Assembly: GCA_964276515.1 (NCBI GenBank)
Contig: OZ193909.1
Coordinates: forward strand, 7,936,001 to 8,000,000
Direction of reading: 5' to 3'
DNA length: 64,000 nucleotides
DNA from: Gordius albopunctatus
Taxonomy: Eukaryota
A program made the translations under genes and the position numbers. Shown in pieces: positions 36,930 to 59,523 of this stretch. The notes beneath the pieces were generated by a model. It searched no databases, had not been told where the DNA came from, and saw nothing but the letters and a program-made list of their open reading frames with translations. Position 1 is the stretch's first letter. Each line of letters begins with the position of its first letter.

Positions 36930-39900
36930 CTTGATATGTAATGTGGCAGAAGGGTGGCCAAATAATATGGTAAGACGAAATTTGAAATGTTTTGCGTGTG
37001 GTGGCCCACGCACACGTGAAGTTTTGCCCTAGGGGAAATCTTAGAAGGAATTATGGTCCTCGGGACAAAAGGATAAGTAATTATAATAATGTGAGGACGG
37101 AGGGGTACAGAGAAAATTATGATAGTGATACTGAGGCAAACAATTTCTGGAAGGGGTACGTCGAACACGAGGGTCCTGGAGGACAGGGACCTTAAGGTTA
37201 GATGTAGGTGCGGCGGTCCTCCCACGGCGGAGAATCTCATGATAGTTAGACGCTGACTGAGGGTCGGTCGTCCTGATTACCATTGGACTAATTTTTGTTT
37301 AGCAAGCTCCCCGATTATTCTTTGGTACACAACTGACCAGAGCGAAAGTATAGGTGGACGGTACGCTTATTTGTTTTTTTTATTAGATTCGGATTCTTGC
37401 ATTTCTTAAATTTCTTTCAAACAATTTCGAAAAATTTGGCAAATAAAAAACTTTCCCGTTCTTTTATAAATGCGCGCCAATTAGATGGCGGTACTATAGT
37501 GCTGTTGGAAAAATTGGACGTGGAATGGCACTGCGCGCGCGCGCGGCGTGAAGTCGAGATTACCTTTGCATGTGACCCTGACCGATATTGACCAGTTAAT
37601 GGGTTGGAATTGGTTAGAGTTGATAGGCCCACAGGTTAGTTGGTTTGGTTTGCGTGACAGTTGGTATTTTCAACACCTGATTGTTTGATGGTCCTTAACG
37701 TGAATTTTAGCCCAGCGAGGGACGCTCAAATTTTAAATATTGAGCTACCCGTGAGTTCCGAAATGACGACGCTAAGCGTCGTGTCACCTTCTCGTGGTTT
37801 AAATTGTTTCGAGTATCTGGGTGGATGGCAATTAAAATTGTGCGCGTTGGTTACGCGGTATAATTCGGTTATTACCGAAGGTTTAGGGTGTTTGAAAGGT
37901 TATGAATATAATGTTTAACTTAAAAGTGAGGCTTGTCCCAAGTTTTATCCGAGCAGACGTGTTACTTTTATATGTCGTGAGGAGGTAAACTCCGTTCTTC
38001 GTGACTGGGTGGACCAGGCATAATTACGTCGATAGATTATAGTGAGTGGGCGACTCCCCTGAAGAAGGCCGATGAGACATTGAGTCTTTGTATAGATTTT
38101 TGGGTAACGCTTAATCCGTGGTTAGTGAAAATTAAGTACCCAATGACGCGGTTTGAAGAAATTTTAACGAATATTAACACTGCATGCGTTTTTACGAAAC
38201 TAGATTTGTACATACAGATCAGGTTAAATGCTCATTAAGCGCGGTTAATGACGATTAATACCCAATTATGATTGTTTGCGTTTTCGGGTTTTCAAGGTTT
38301 AAGGGGTGTGTTCTTTTACCAGGAGGATGTATTAATTGTAGGCAAAACAATACATGAACACTATACTAATTTAGAACCGGTGTTAATACGCATCCAGGAG
38401 AGAGTACTACATTTGACCATGAAGAAATGCATGATCAGGGTAACTGAAGTTACATTTTTATGGCATGTTATTGCATGGGGAAAAATCCGCCCTTTGGATA
38501 ATAATGTGGCAGCGATTATGAATATACGGGCGCCCGCTAATAAAAAAGTAATGACCTTTTTAGGTTCTGTTAATTATTATCGCAAGTTTTTACCACATTT
38601 TTATGAGGTGGCGGCGCCTTTGCACTGCGATAAACCTGCGCTTCGTACGGACGGATATGGAACAAGCAGCGTTTGAAACTTCTAAAAAACTATTAGGTAG
38701 TGACACAGTTTTAGTTTGCTTTAACCGTGATCTTCCGGTGGGGTTGGTGGTTGATGCTTCAAATCACGATGTAGGTGGCTTGCTCTTCTGTGTTATTATT
38801 AATAAGGTGGAGCGACCTATCTTATATTTTTCGCGTAAATTGACTACGAGCTCAATTATTCGGTTATAGAAAAAGAGGCTTTAGCTGTAGTGTTCGCGTT
38901 TAGTAAATATTGTGAATATCTTATTGATCGTAAGCTTAAAGTCTTTACCGACCATAAACCACTAGTTCATCTTTTTTGAAAATTTAATGGTAATTTATTG
39001 CTAAGCCCTAGGTTATAAAAATGGTTATTGTTTTTAAGAAATTTTAACGTAGCATTGAGTATAAAAAGGACGCAACGAACTGTGTAACAGACACATTGTC
39101 GCGCTTAGGTGAGAGCGATGAAGCTGTACCTAAGGAGGAATTGGAAGGCGAAAGTTTTCGGTAAATGCGTGACTCATCCGTCAGTCAACCTAAGAGAGGA
39201 GGTTGATAAAGACGACGAGTTGCATGGAGTTGTGGAATACTTGAACGGTGAGGCAGCAATCGAGGAGGTTGCTAAGTGTTATCGTGGCGGAGTAAATTAA
39301 CTCAATCTTAATAATGGAGTGGTACTACGATGCGAACACATAGTGATTCCACGGGCGTTGCGATCGCAATTGTAGGAATTGTTGCATGCTGGACATAGTG
39401 GCGTGTCTAAAATGAAAGCAATGACGCCTAACTATGTTTAGTGGCCTAAAATGGGCAGCGATATTTTCAAGTATGAGCGTAAATGAAGCCATAAAAATGC
39501 GAACATGCCCAAAAAGTAGGTGGCCACGGGCTCAAAACGTTTGATTTTGATTCGAAACAATATCTTTATTGGTGGACGCGACTTCGAGTTGGCACCAAGG
39601 TTTTTATGAATTTTAAGAAGAATTTAATGGGCACTTACCGTAGCCCAAGGTGATAGTGTCCGATAACGGTACCACATTTACCAATGGAGAGTTTAAGGCG
39701 TTTTGTTGTAAATGGGGTATACTGCATGTATTAACGCCTATATATCACCCCAGCTCTAACGGATTGGCTGAGCGACATGTTGCGATCGCCAAAAAATGGT
39801 TGAAAAACGACAAGGTGGATAAGGACGGCATTTGGATGTACAGGTTATTATATAATGCGAACGCTCGTTTTCCGTGTCGCCCTCCCGTTGCAATACCTCT

Positions 39901-40126
39901 TATACCAATCGTTGTGTGGGTGGACGCCGAGTTAACACCGGGCGAGTCCACTACCAGTCACTATGAGATTGGTAAATCGGTTTGGGCCCGTGTTTACGGT
40001 GTGACCGAGAAATGGTTGGAAGCTGTGGTAAGGTCCCAAGTGGGCTCAAAAGCCTACGAGGTTGTGTTTACCTGCTCCAATAATTGCACCGTTAGACACG
40101 AGGAGCAGTTACGGTTACGATGTTAA
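36930..40126 (+). mobile_element. Highly degenerate Gypsy-type LTR retrotransposon internal region; LTRs not identified
   Basis: Fragments: LLDSDS (protease), SEWATP, FTKLDL, YQEDVLI (RT), FLGSVNYYRKF, VVDAS, EKEALAVVF, FTDHKPL (RNase H), IVSDNGTTF..EFK.FC...GI.H..TP.YHPSSNGLAER (integrase). Confidence 0.88.
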
Positions 40127-40275
40127 TACGATGTCTTTTTATATGTAATTATTTTGCATTAGATGGATATCATAGCATCGTGGTGCCGATTCAGGGTGGT
40201 AATGAAGGTGATTGATCCTCTATAAGCACCGAACAACTTGTACTTTTCGTTCGTGGTTGAACAAGACGATGCGAA

Positions 40276-40581
40276 GCGGCATCCTTTGAGCTTCCCTCCC
40301 TCCCTCTCTATCTAATTGGGTTTATAACACTATACTCTTGGTGCATGTGAGTGATTGATGGATGATGTGGGGGTGTGGGTGTGTAAGAATAGTGGCGTAT
40401 TACGAGCTATTCCTCTAGTAGAGGGGGGGGGATGACAGGCGTAGTAGTAGGAATAGTTCGTATTAACACACTACTCTTGCACCCACCACAATAATCAATC
40501 ACTTACATGCACTAAGGGTATAGTGTTATAAAAGCATATAAGCCAATTAGATGAGAGGGAGGTAGGCTCAAAGGATGCCGC
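40276..40581. repeat. Long imperfect inverted repeat (foldback element, arms about 135 bp)
   Basis: GCGGCATCCTTTGAGC...CGAGCTATTCCT pairs with AGGAATAGTTCG...GCTCAAAGGATGCCGC around a short G-rich loop. Confidence 0.85.
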
Positions 40582-41833
40582 GATTTCGCATAGAGACTAA
40601 TTGCATTTTTGATATATTGGAAAAAGTAAAAACAATCGGGGAAAAAATCATTTTTCAATGTTTTATCCTAAGATGGTTCTACCACTTAGAGGTTAAAAAA
40701 TTTTTTTAGCTATTAAATATCGCTCTATTGAGCGTCGAAAAGGTTAAAAGACGGTCATTTTTGCAACTTTGAATCGAAAAATCTGAAAAACTTGACGTAT
40801 AGGAAAACAACGAAAAACATATTTGTGTTCACCACAAAAAACTCTATCAGGATATTTTAACCGTTTCCCGGTTGATTACACAAGACCTTTATATTTGTCG
40901 AATAGAGAAATTAGAGCTGTTAAAGGAATTGTTTGTAACATCATATTGTAAAAGATATTTCGTTTTTTATCGACAACCACAGGTGATATCATTTGAATAA
41001 TAAACTCAGTTCTAAAAACACATTACGGCCGTTTTAACCTGATGATTTTTATAAATTGTAATATATAATATATTGGTTTTATCAATTAATAAAAGATGTT
41101 TGTACATTAAAAAAAGTTTCAAAAAGGAAGTTCAAAAGGAACTGGAATTAGTTCCTTTTTAAAATGAGGAACTAGGAACTGGAATTAGTTCCATTTTGGG
41201 CAAAGGAAATGGAACTTGACAAGTTCCTTTTTAAAAGGAACTTTTAACAGCTCTACTAAAAATGTTTATTCTTGTGATGATTTACAGTTGGACTATCACA
41301 TAGATTCCCCAAATCAAAATAATTAAAGTGCATCTTTTATTAGAAAACAATTTTTATTACATTGATTACTATAGTATATAAATATATCAATCACATGGTA
41401 TCCAGCTCTACGTTTTTACATGAAGTACATAATGTTTGTGTTTTGTTATCTGTGAAAATAGACGCCAAATAAAATATAATAATGCAGCTTAATATGAGCT
41501 AACGGTCTCGATGTATAAAGCTCATAACATTTTGTTTCTAAATTTTCTATCTAGGCATTGCAAGCAATTTTCATCAGCATATGGTATGTTTAGGGTTCAA
41601 GATTTTAGTCAAGGTTAAGATTGGTGAATTAAATAAAATTAAAAAGATAATATATACTCAGAAAATCGTAATTATTTTGCCTGTAACTTTATAAAATTGC
41701 AGCAAGGGTGATTAGTTTTAAGAGAGATAAAAAAACATAAGATTTGCCGCTATACAATGAGTTAAAATATTTATGAGTTTGTATCGAGGATTCAATAGCG
41801 ACGTCTGTTCATAAACGCAAAATTCAAATTTTG

Positions 41834-44800
41834 ATGAATAATATGTAAGGTGTTTTATTTAAGCATAATTAAAGTTATTTTAGAGATGAAGAATATGCTA
41901 AGCTAGCATGTATTCTAAATTCCTTCAAAGAGCTTCACAGTATATGGGAAAAAATAGGGTTCTCTAAATCAGTAATTGACGACAGAAGTTCACAAGTCAT
42001 GAAGCATTGTAAAGATATATTGGATCGTATGATTGTAGAAGAATTGCAGCTTAAAGAGGAATATCAAATAAAAGTTCAAGATTTGCACAAAAAGGTTTCA
42101 AACTTGTGCCAATTGCTATGTCATGAACCCATTACTGTAATAAAATATTATAATTTTTATATATTTTATATTAAGTTTGACAATGAATTGTCATTATTAC
42201 AACAAAAAAGAATTTTAAATTCGAAACTAGAGAAATTGACTATTGAAAAAGACACACTTTTAGGAGAAATGGAAAAGCTAAAAAGTGAAGACACTGTGTT
42301 ATGTAAATTTTTGGGCCATCAAATGTTTTATATTAACTCACCTATACCTACAAAATCTGATTTAATTGCCTATAAAAATCATTTGGATCAACTAAATAAA
42401 GAAAAGGTTCATAATTTTTGCAATTAATATGTCAATTTATTAAAACAAAATTTGCAATTTGAATAAAATTAATATATTAATGTTTTTAGATAAATAGGTC
42501 AGCCATGTTTCAAACTCTTATTGCTAAAATAGGAAAGTTGTACAAGGAATTGGAGTATGAGCCTCAAAATGACTTAGAAAAACATCTAGTAAATAAACCC
42601 CAAAGCATAAATTTGACAACTGAAACATTATCTGAAATGAAAGAACTATTAGAAAATGTAAGCTTATATATTTGCATATTAAAGAGGGGCTTGGCTAGGT
42701 AGAAACAAAATTTAGATCTGACACATGATAAGATGCAGGCTTTTATAATTGATAGATTTTTTAAAATATAAATAATTTAATATTTCAACTAGAGACCTGC
42801 ACGGGCCGGAGCTTGGAGGGGCTTCTGCCTAAAAATAAAACAAAGGGCCAGCCTGGATGGGCTGTAATATAACTTAACAGTCTTGGGCTGGGTCTAGATA
42901 TATTTAAGGCCTGTTAAAGCCCAATTACAAAATCAATTAGATTTAATATAAAAGAAGGTGTTATTATAATGTTATAATTTATAATTATTTTATCTATATC
43001 AAATTACAAAGTTAAATTTTAGATAATTTTTACACGTGATCCCATGTGCTTAGCCAATTTAAATTAGAGGGGGAGGGCAGTTTAGGTATGGCAAAAAATG
43101 TTTTTTAGATCAAGAATTTTGAATTTGGAGGGGGGGGGCAATTGCCCATCCTTGTTTTTCCATCTATACTTTCTAGCAATATTGAGTGAATTAATTTAAT
43201 ATTATGTAAAATTATTTATATATACTATGGCATAGCCAAGTTTGGGATTAGAGGGGGGGGAGGCAAAAATGTTTTATGTGCATTTAGGGGGGAGGGGGCA
43301 AAACATAATTTTTAAGGGTTTAAATATTTTTTTGTTATTTAGGGAGGGGGTGCGTGGTCCCTGACTACCCTCACAATGTATACTCATCAACAAATTTAAA
43401 ATAAATTTATAAATTTATTTGTTCAAGTTTATTTGTAAAATATCACTGTTTTTTATTTTATATCAATAACCTAAAAATTTAAAATGGTGGAAAAGCAAAG
43501 ATGCCAAGTGGATTTATTAAAAGCATTATAACCTTAAATAAGGGTTTAAACTTTTATTTGGTTTATATGGTTTTATATGTATCCTGAAGTGCCATTTGTA
43601 AAAGAGATTTTTTTCCTGCAGGTCGCCTCTTAAAAATAGAAGAACTCTTCTGACCGAGAATTATTAAATTATTATTTTTATAATATTTTTATTAACATTT
43701 TCAACACACATTGTTTACATATCGATAATTAAACACAAAATAAAAAATTTTACGGGCCCAGTCCGGACTTTGTATATAATCTGCGGGCCGGCCCTGGGTT
43801 TATAATTTATTATTTTGACGGGCCTGACCGGGCTTTTAATTTTTTTACAAGTGGGTCTACTGACCTGAACAGGCTCGATACAGGTCTCAAATTGCAACTA
43901 CCAAATAATTTTAGCTATATTTGAATAGTAATTCATGTGAGAAATCTACTAGTTTTACTTTGAAATCTTGGGTGTTTTGGGTTGACTCTAAGTAAAAATG
44001 AAGTTTATTAGGCCAAATATCCAAGTTTACAACTTATACACCATTATTTAGTTGAAATTTCAAAAAATCGAAAGGCAAGCAAAACACCATTCTTTATCTG
44101 AAAAATTAAAACAAATTTGGATGCGATTAGATTTGACAGAAGATTTCCAAAATAATTTTTTGCATAACAGCAATGATTTGACCATTTCTACATTAAAACG
44201 GGTAATTTCTTTATTAAGTTGTTTGAAAATAACATTTAAAAAGATGGAAGCTGAGTATACTAGATGTAGAGAAATTTTAATTTCCAATTTGGAAACATAT
44301 ATCAAAACACTTCGTTTGGAGTTAAAAAATTTGTGGAAACAATGTTATGTGGATGAAGAAAGGATCAATTTTTCTGCTATGTACTCGGGTAAAAGTATTT
44401 GATTCACTTTAAATGTTTTGATTAGAAAATTTTTCTGATGATCTCATTGATTTACACGAACAAGAAATAGGGAAGTGGAAAAACTATCTATCAAAAATTG
44501 AGAATATTAAGGCACTCATCGAAGAAAGAAATTATTTGTGGGATAAAATGATACATCTCGAGGTATTGTTAAAATTAATCTTTGGTTAGACACTAAATTA
44601 TTGTAGATACAAGTCAAAGATACAAACCGATTCAAAAATCGAGGAGGCAATTTATTGCTGGAGGAAAAAGAAAGGAAGAAAGTATCCATAAAACTACCCA
44701 AAGTAACTTCTTTCAATGAGACACCGTAAAAGTGTAAATTATGAATTTGTAGGTAGAATATCAAATCAGTGCCCTTATCATGGATTGGGAAAAGGTAAAT

Positions 44801-47800
44801 GGGCAACCATTTATGTTTCATGGCACTTCGTTTACCGAATACATCCAACAACAGTGGGCTCAGTTTTATTACAATAAGGAGCAGGAAAAAGAGATCAGGG
44901 TAAATTAGAGAGTTATGCGAGTATAATGCTTGAAAATAATTGAAGTATGGGTGGTTTAAACTACGTAAACTTTTTGTATTGGTGGATATTTGTTTATCCA
45001 AATGGAGTCTTAATATTTTGTTGTTTTGGGCTAAATAATAATTAATCAATTTTAATGTCAGGTTCAGGCTTCATACACAAATTATATCCTTTGCTGCATA
45101 AAGTCTTTTCTGGTTTGGGTCAGGTTATGTTTGAGTTGCTACTATAAAATTTTTAACTCCATTTTCATTAAATTAACATATAAGATGAAAGCCAAAAAGG
45201 AGGCGACAAAGTTAGAAATGACATACGGGTGCAAGGCCATAACTCCTTTATACTCTTCCAAAAGTAAGATTTACCAGAGCGGAAACTTAAACAGCTTACT
45301 GCTTGGCACCTCCAGCATTCACAAGTCCAAAAAAGTAATCCTCAATTTTGACATAAAGTTTACACGCATTTCTTTTAAGGTGAAGAAGATGGCGTGAAAC
45401 CATTTACTTTTCTTCTTAGATCATACAATTTTTAGTACAGAGACCTCTTAAATAATTTTTTTTGAAATGATGGCCTCTATTTTTGGCATATTTCCCCACC
45501 CTAATACCTGTCTTAATTATAATATCCTAATGTTGTTTGAATTTTATAAGAAATGCACTGAAACCTGCAACACGATTCCCTTGGCGTTTGATTAAAAACT
45601 AATACCTCGCCTCAGTCTTGTTAACGCTCCTTTTTAAAAGTAGCGACTCCCGCTCCAACTCCTACCTTCTCAAAAGGAGCGGACTCCCGCTCCCGCTCCA
45701 AATAATGGAGTGCCGCTCCTTTGATTTTCCATCTATAAAATATAAACTTTAAATCTGAAATAATTTTTTTTCATAAAAAATGGGTTCCCCCTTCCCTTAT
45801 TATATACTCTCTAAATATAAATCAAAATTTATTTTATAAAAATCAACTTTATTTTTAACTGATAATCTAAAACATCAAATTATTATAGTAGATTTTTTAA
45901 ATAAGAAATTGACAAATATTTAATGAGCAGTATTTTAGGAACTTTTAATAATAAATTTAAATAAAATTATATTTTAATTATAAAATATTATTAATATTTA
46001 AAAAATAATATAATTTATATATTAAATTTAAATCCAGCCCTAAAAGGAGCTACTCCCGCTCCTCATTTTTGAAAAGGAGGGGCACTCCGGCTTTTTTTGA
46101 AAAAATGTAGCGCCCTCGCCTTATCGACTCATTAATATTTGATCAATTATTATCGATTGTCCATTTAGATTTCGCTGACCAAGCTCATGTCACCCAAATA
46201 TCAGCACAGTAGCTTAAAAAATCTTCAAAATCGACAAATCATCAACAAGTACAAGAAAAGGTCATCGAGGATTATGAGGGTAAATTTACTAAAATACTGT
46301 AATAAAATTATTGTTCCTAACCTTAATCCTTATAACCTATTAACACCCATCACTAATCCACTTATCTCCCAGGGCCACAAAAATCCTAGAGTTTCACGCA
46401 AATTGTTGAACGCCATCGAAAATATTGAAGTTACTCCTTCGAAAACTTACAATTCTTACTTGCACGGAGTTACGGCATCCGCTCCGCCCAAGGATAAAAT
46501 GTACCCTAAAATGGGTCCTCTCACTTACAAAACTCCCGCACAAAAGGTTATTAAATAGAGAGTCATTGGTGGTTGGAAATATACTAATATATCCGTGTAT
46601 TTAACCAATCTAAATCTTAACGTTAACTACACGTTTTATTCTGTTTGATAAAAAATGTTTTCAAAAGCTTATATATTTTTTTAAACGTAATTTGGATTGA
46701 ATTACATAAAATTATTGTTTAAATGTCTTACTAAATTTACCTTCTATTTATCATGTTTTCAAATTTGACAAAATTCGTGCAACATTACCATAAGATTAGT
46801 TCACACGATTTATTAACATTTATATTTTCATATAAATACGTATGTATGACATGATATCATTTTAGGTCGCATCATATAGAATGGGTTTACTATGGGAATT
46901 AAAAGATTTTATTTTTATAATCAAGCCGTTTTTAAAAGTATTTTTAGATCTTAATGAAGAGGCAGCTTATGCCTTTAAACATATCTCACAACTCATAGCG
47001 TGTTTTATTTATACCGACAGGCATACCAAACGAGACCGGAGCGCGTTCCTGTCCCGAACCTGTATAGTACCAACAGCCAAGTGCGCCCACAAAAATGTTT
47101 TAGAAATCTTAAAATATCGACGGCAGCGCGAGACAAGAGGCAAAAGCAGGATGGGGAATCGGTAAATACTTACACCATGTCATCATCATCTAACACGAAT
47201 TCCACCCATTCCACAAAGCCCAAAAAAACGCACGATGCCGGGCAGCAAGCTAAGAAAGGCGACGAAAACGCCGGAGACGTTACCATGACCGATTCTTACA
47301 AGGGTTTTATGGTAGGCCCCATTTTATACGAACTTTTGCTAAGTTTATTTACCAAGGCAGCGATCGTATATATTAAATATCGAATTTAAAATACTAAATT
47401 TGTCAAAAACGGATGAGCATTTTTAAATTCTTTATTTGTTTTGGAAAAAGGCAAGCCAAATAAAATTCAGAGACCGCTAAAAACGTAAAATACATAAAGT
47501 CTTAAGTTGAGAGAAAGCAATTAGTCATTTCATCCACGCCAGTCGTGGCTGGCTGCTGAAGCCTCTAGCTCAGTTCCGTCTTGGTCAGTGGGCAGCACTA
47601 TTTCGAAATAATTTTTAGGGGCCAGCATGTTGGCTAATCCCTCGAGCAAATTCAACTTCATTTCGCCATATAATATTGGTTACAACCAAATCTATTGGCA
47701 GTGTATTCTAGTGAAATTTTTTGCAAATTTATTCGCTAATGAATTATTAAATGCTTAGTTTATTCATTGATTTTAGACGGGTTTAGACAAGGTGGAAATT

Positions 47801-47878
47801 CCGTTTTGCCATAGCAGCCAGATGGAGGACTACGAAGACACGCGTTCTTCAAAAGAGGCATCCGTCATCAATAAATAA
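41834..47878 (+). CDS. PRC1: Protein regulator of cytokinesis 1 (PRC1/MAP65/Ase1 microtubule bundler)
   Basis: Exons 41834-41844, 41884-42136, 42176-42406, 42490-42657, 44052-44201, 44244-44388, 44426-44562, 44607-44702, 44753-44899, 45185-45334, 46169-46279, 46373-about 46546, 47021-47311, 47777-47878 (3' exons less certain). Motifs LHSIWEKIG, LKNLWKQCYV, NRFKNRGGNLLLEEKERK, EMTYGCK, and a C-terminal SY..F. Confidence 0.9.
42790..43890. mobile_element. Non-autonomous hAT element in a PRC1 intron
   Basis: TAGAGACCTG...CAGGTCTCAA termini, TSD ATTTCAAC/ATTGCAAC; inverted relative of 18296-19746. Confidence 0.88.
47523..47661 (-). pseudogene. Duplicated fragment of a CDC5L exon inside the last PRC1 intron
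   Basis: Closely matches 51195-51329 (MKLNLL.GLANM.APKN.FEIVLPTDQD), with substitutions and a 4-nt insertion. Confidence 0.9.
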
Positions 47879-48110
47879 AATTAAATACAAATTTTTATCC
47901 GAATTTATAAGAAACAAGGATTTATAATCAATATTTATTCACATTCCCCAACAGACAAGTGCCCCTCATTTATACGCGAACCGTTGTAATGTTAAATAAT
48001 TTATATGATCGCCCGCAGTTTTTGTAAATTATTAATAATAAATTTACGCTATAGCTATAAAAAGGAAATGGATAATATATAGTAGTAAAGAATATTAAGT
48101 ATGTTGGATG

Positions 48111-58616
<10,506 letters not shown>

Positions 58617-58943
58617 TTTTAAAAATTATTTTAGTTTAAACAATGTTTCAATTTAAAATTGTCAATTAGTTACACAAACAACATACAACGATCGACTTTT
58701 AACTGGTTGCAATGTGACACTAGTAACGACTCTAAAATATTTTATTTTAATTGAAGTCTCATTCTGATCTTGCACCAAACCTTAAGCTTTAGCAATATTC
58801 TATTTAGGACTTTCCTCGAATTTATCTTTATTTCACTAAAAATAAAATATTTGTAGGTTAATTGTAAGTGTAGCCATCTTGCCACTTTACGAGTTATGAT
58901 GACTTGTATTTTATGGTGGCCCGTCAACTTGCCGAAAACCATC

Positions 58944-59059
58944 TCGCCGAATTTAATGTCCCCCGGTTAAAAAAAGGTCCCCCATTTTGTGATTGGTTCA
59001 ATGGGGGACGATTTTAAATTAGGGGACCTTTTTTAACCGGGGGACATTAAATTCGGCGA
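58944..59059. repeat. Near-perfect hairpin (about 38-bp arms) about 330 bp upstream of the CDC5L start; likely a Mutator-like MITE remnant
   Basis: TCGCCGAATTTAATGTCCCCCGGTTAAAAAAAGGTCCCC pairs with GGGGACCTTTTTTAACCGGGGGACATTAAATTCGGCGA. Confidence 0.8.
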
Positions 59060-59274
59060 TTGTGAAGATCTCAATCTCTTTTTTGGGTAAACATTTGCAT
59101 TCATTTGTTCTCATAATATCTTCAACACTAGTTCTAGGTTTTTTTGTAATGGCCAAACAAAATTTGATCTCCGTTTGCATTCAGTTTATTAATATAAGGA
59201 GTTATTAATATTTTATTGAATATTATCTATTACATGTGAATGATACTGCCTCTTACTATATTTGTAAAGAAGAT

Positions 59275-59523
59275 AAAAAACAAACGTGTGTGAATATTTT
59301 AATCATTTTATTCTTAATTGTTATTGAACAATATATATTTATCTTACCTTATTTTATTCAATCTGAATATTTCAATATATATTATCCGAATATTTAATTC
59401 ATAAATTCCGAGTAAATAAAAAAACAAACTTGTGTGAATATTTTTATCATTTTATTCTTACCTTATTTTATTCAATCTGAATATTTCAATATATATTATT
59501 CGAATATTTAATTCATAAATTCC
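59275..59523. repeat. Short tandem duplication (AT-rich, two copies)
   Basis: AAACAAAC(G/T)TGTGTGAATATTTT...TTCAATCTGAATATTTCAATATATATTAT.CGAATATTTAATTCATAAATTCC occurs twice. Confidence 0.8.

Noticed and set aside
46881..47389. ORFs 46881-47165 and 47000-47389 as an independent gene
   Set aside because: The 47021-47311 portion splices in frame to PRC1 and supplies its SY..F tail; the Cys/His-containing alternative frame has no recognisable domain.
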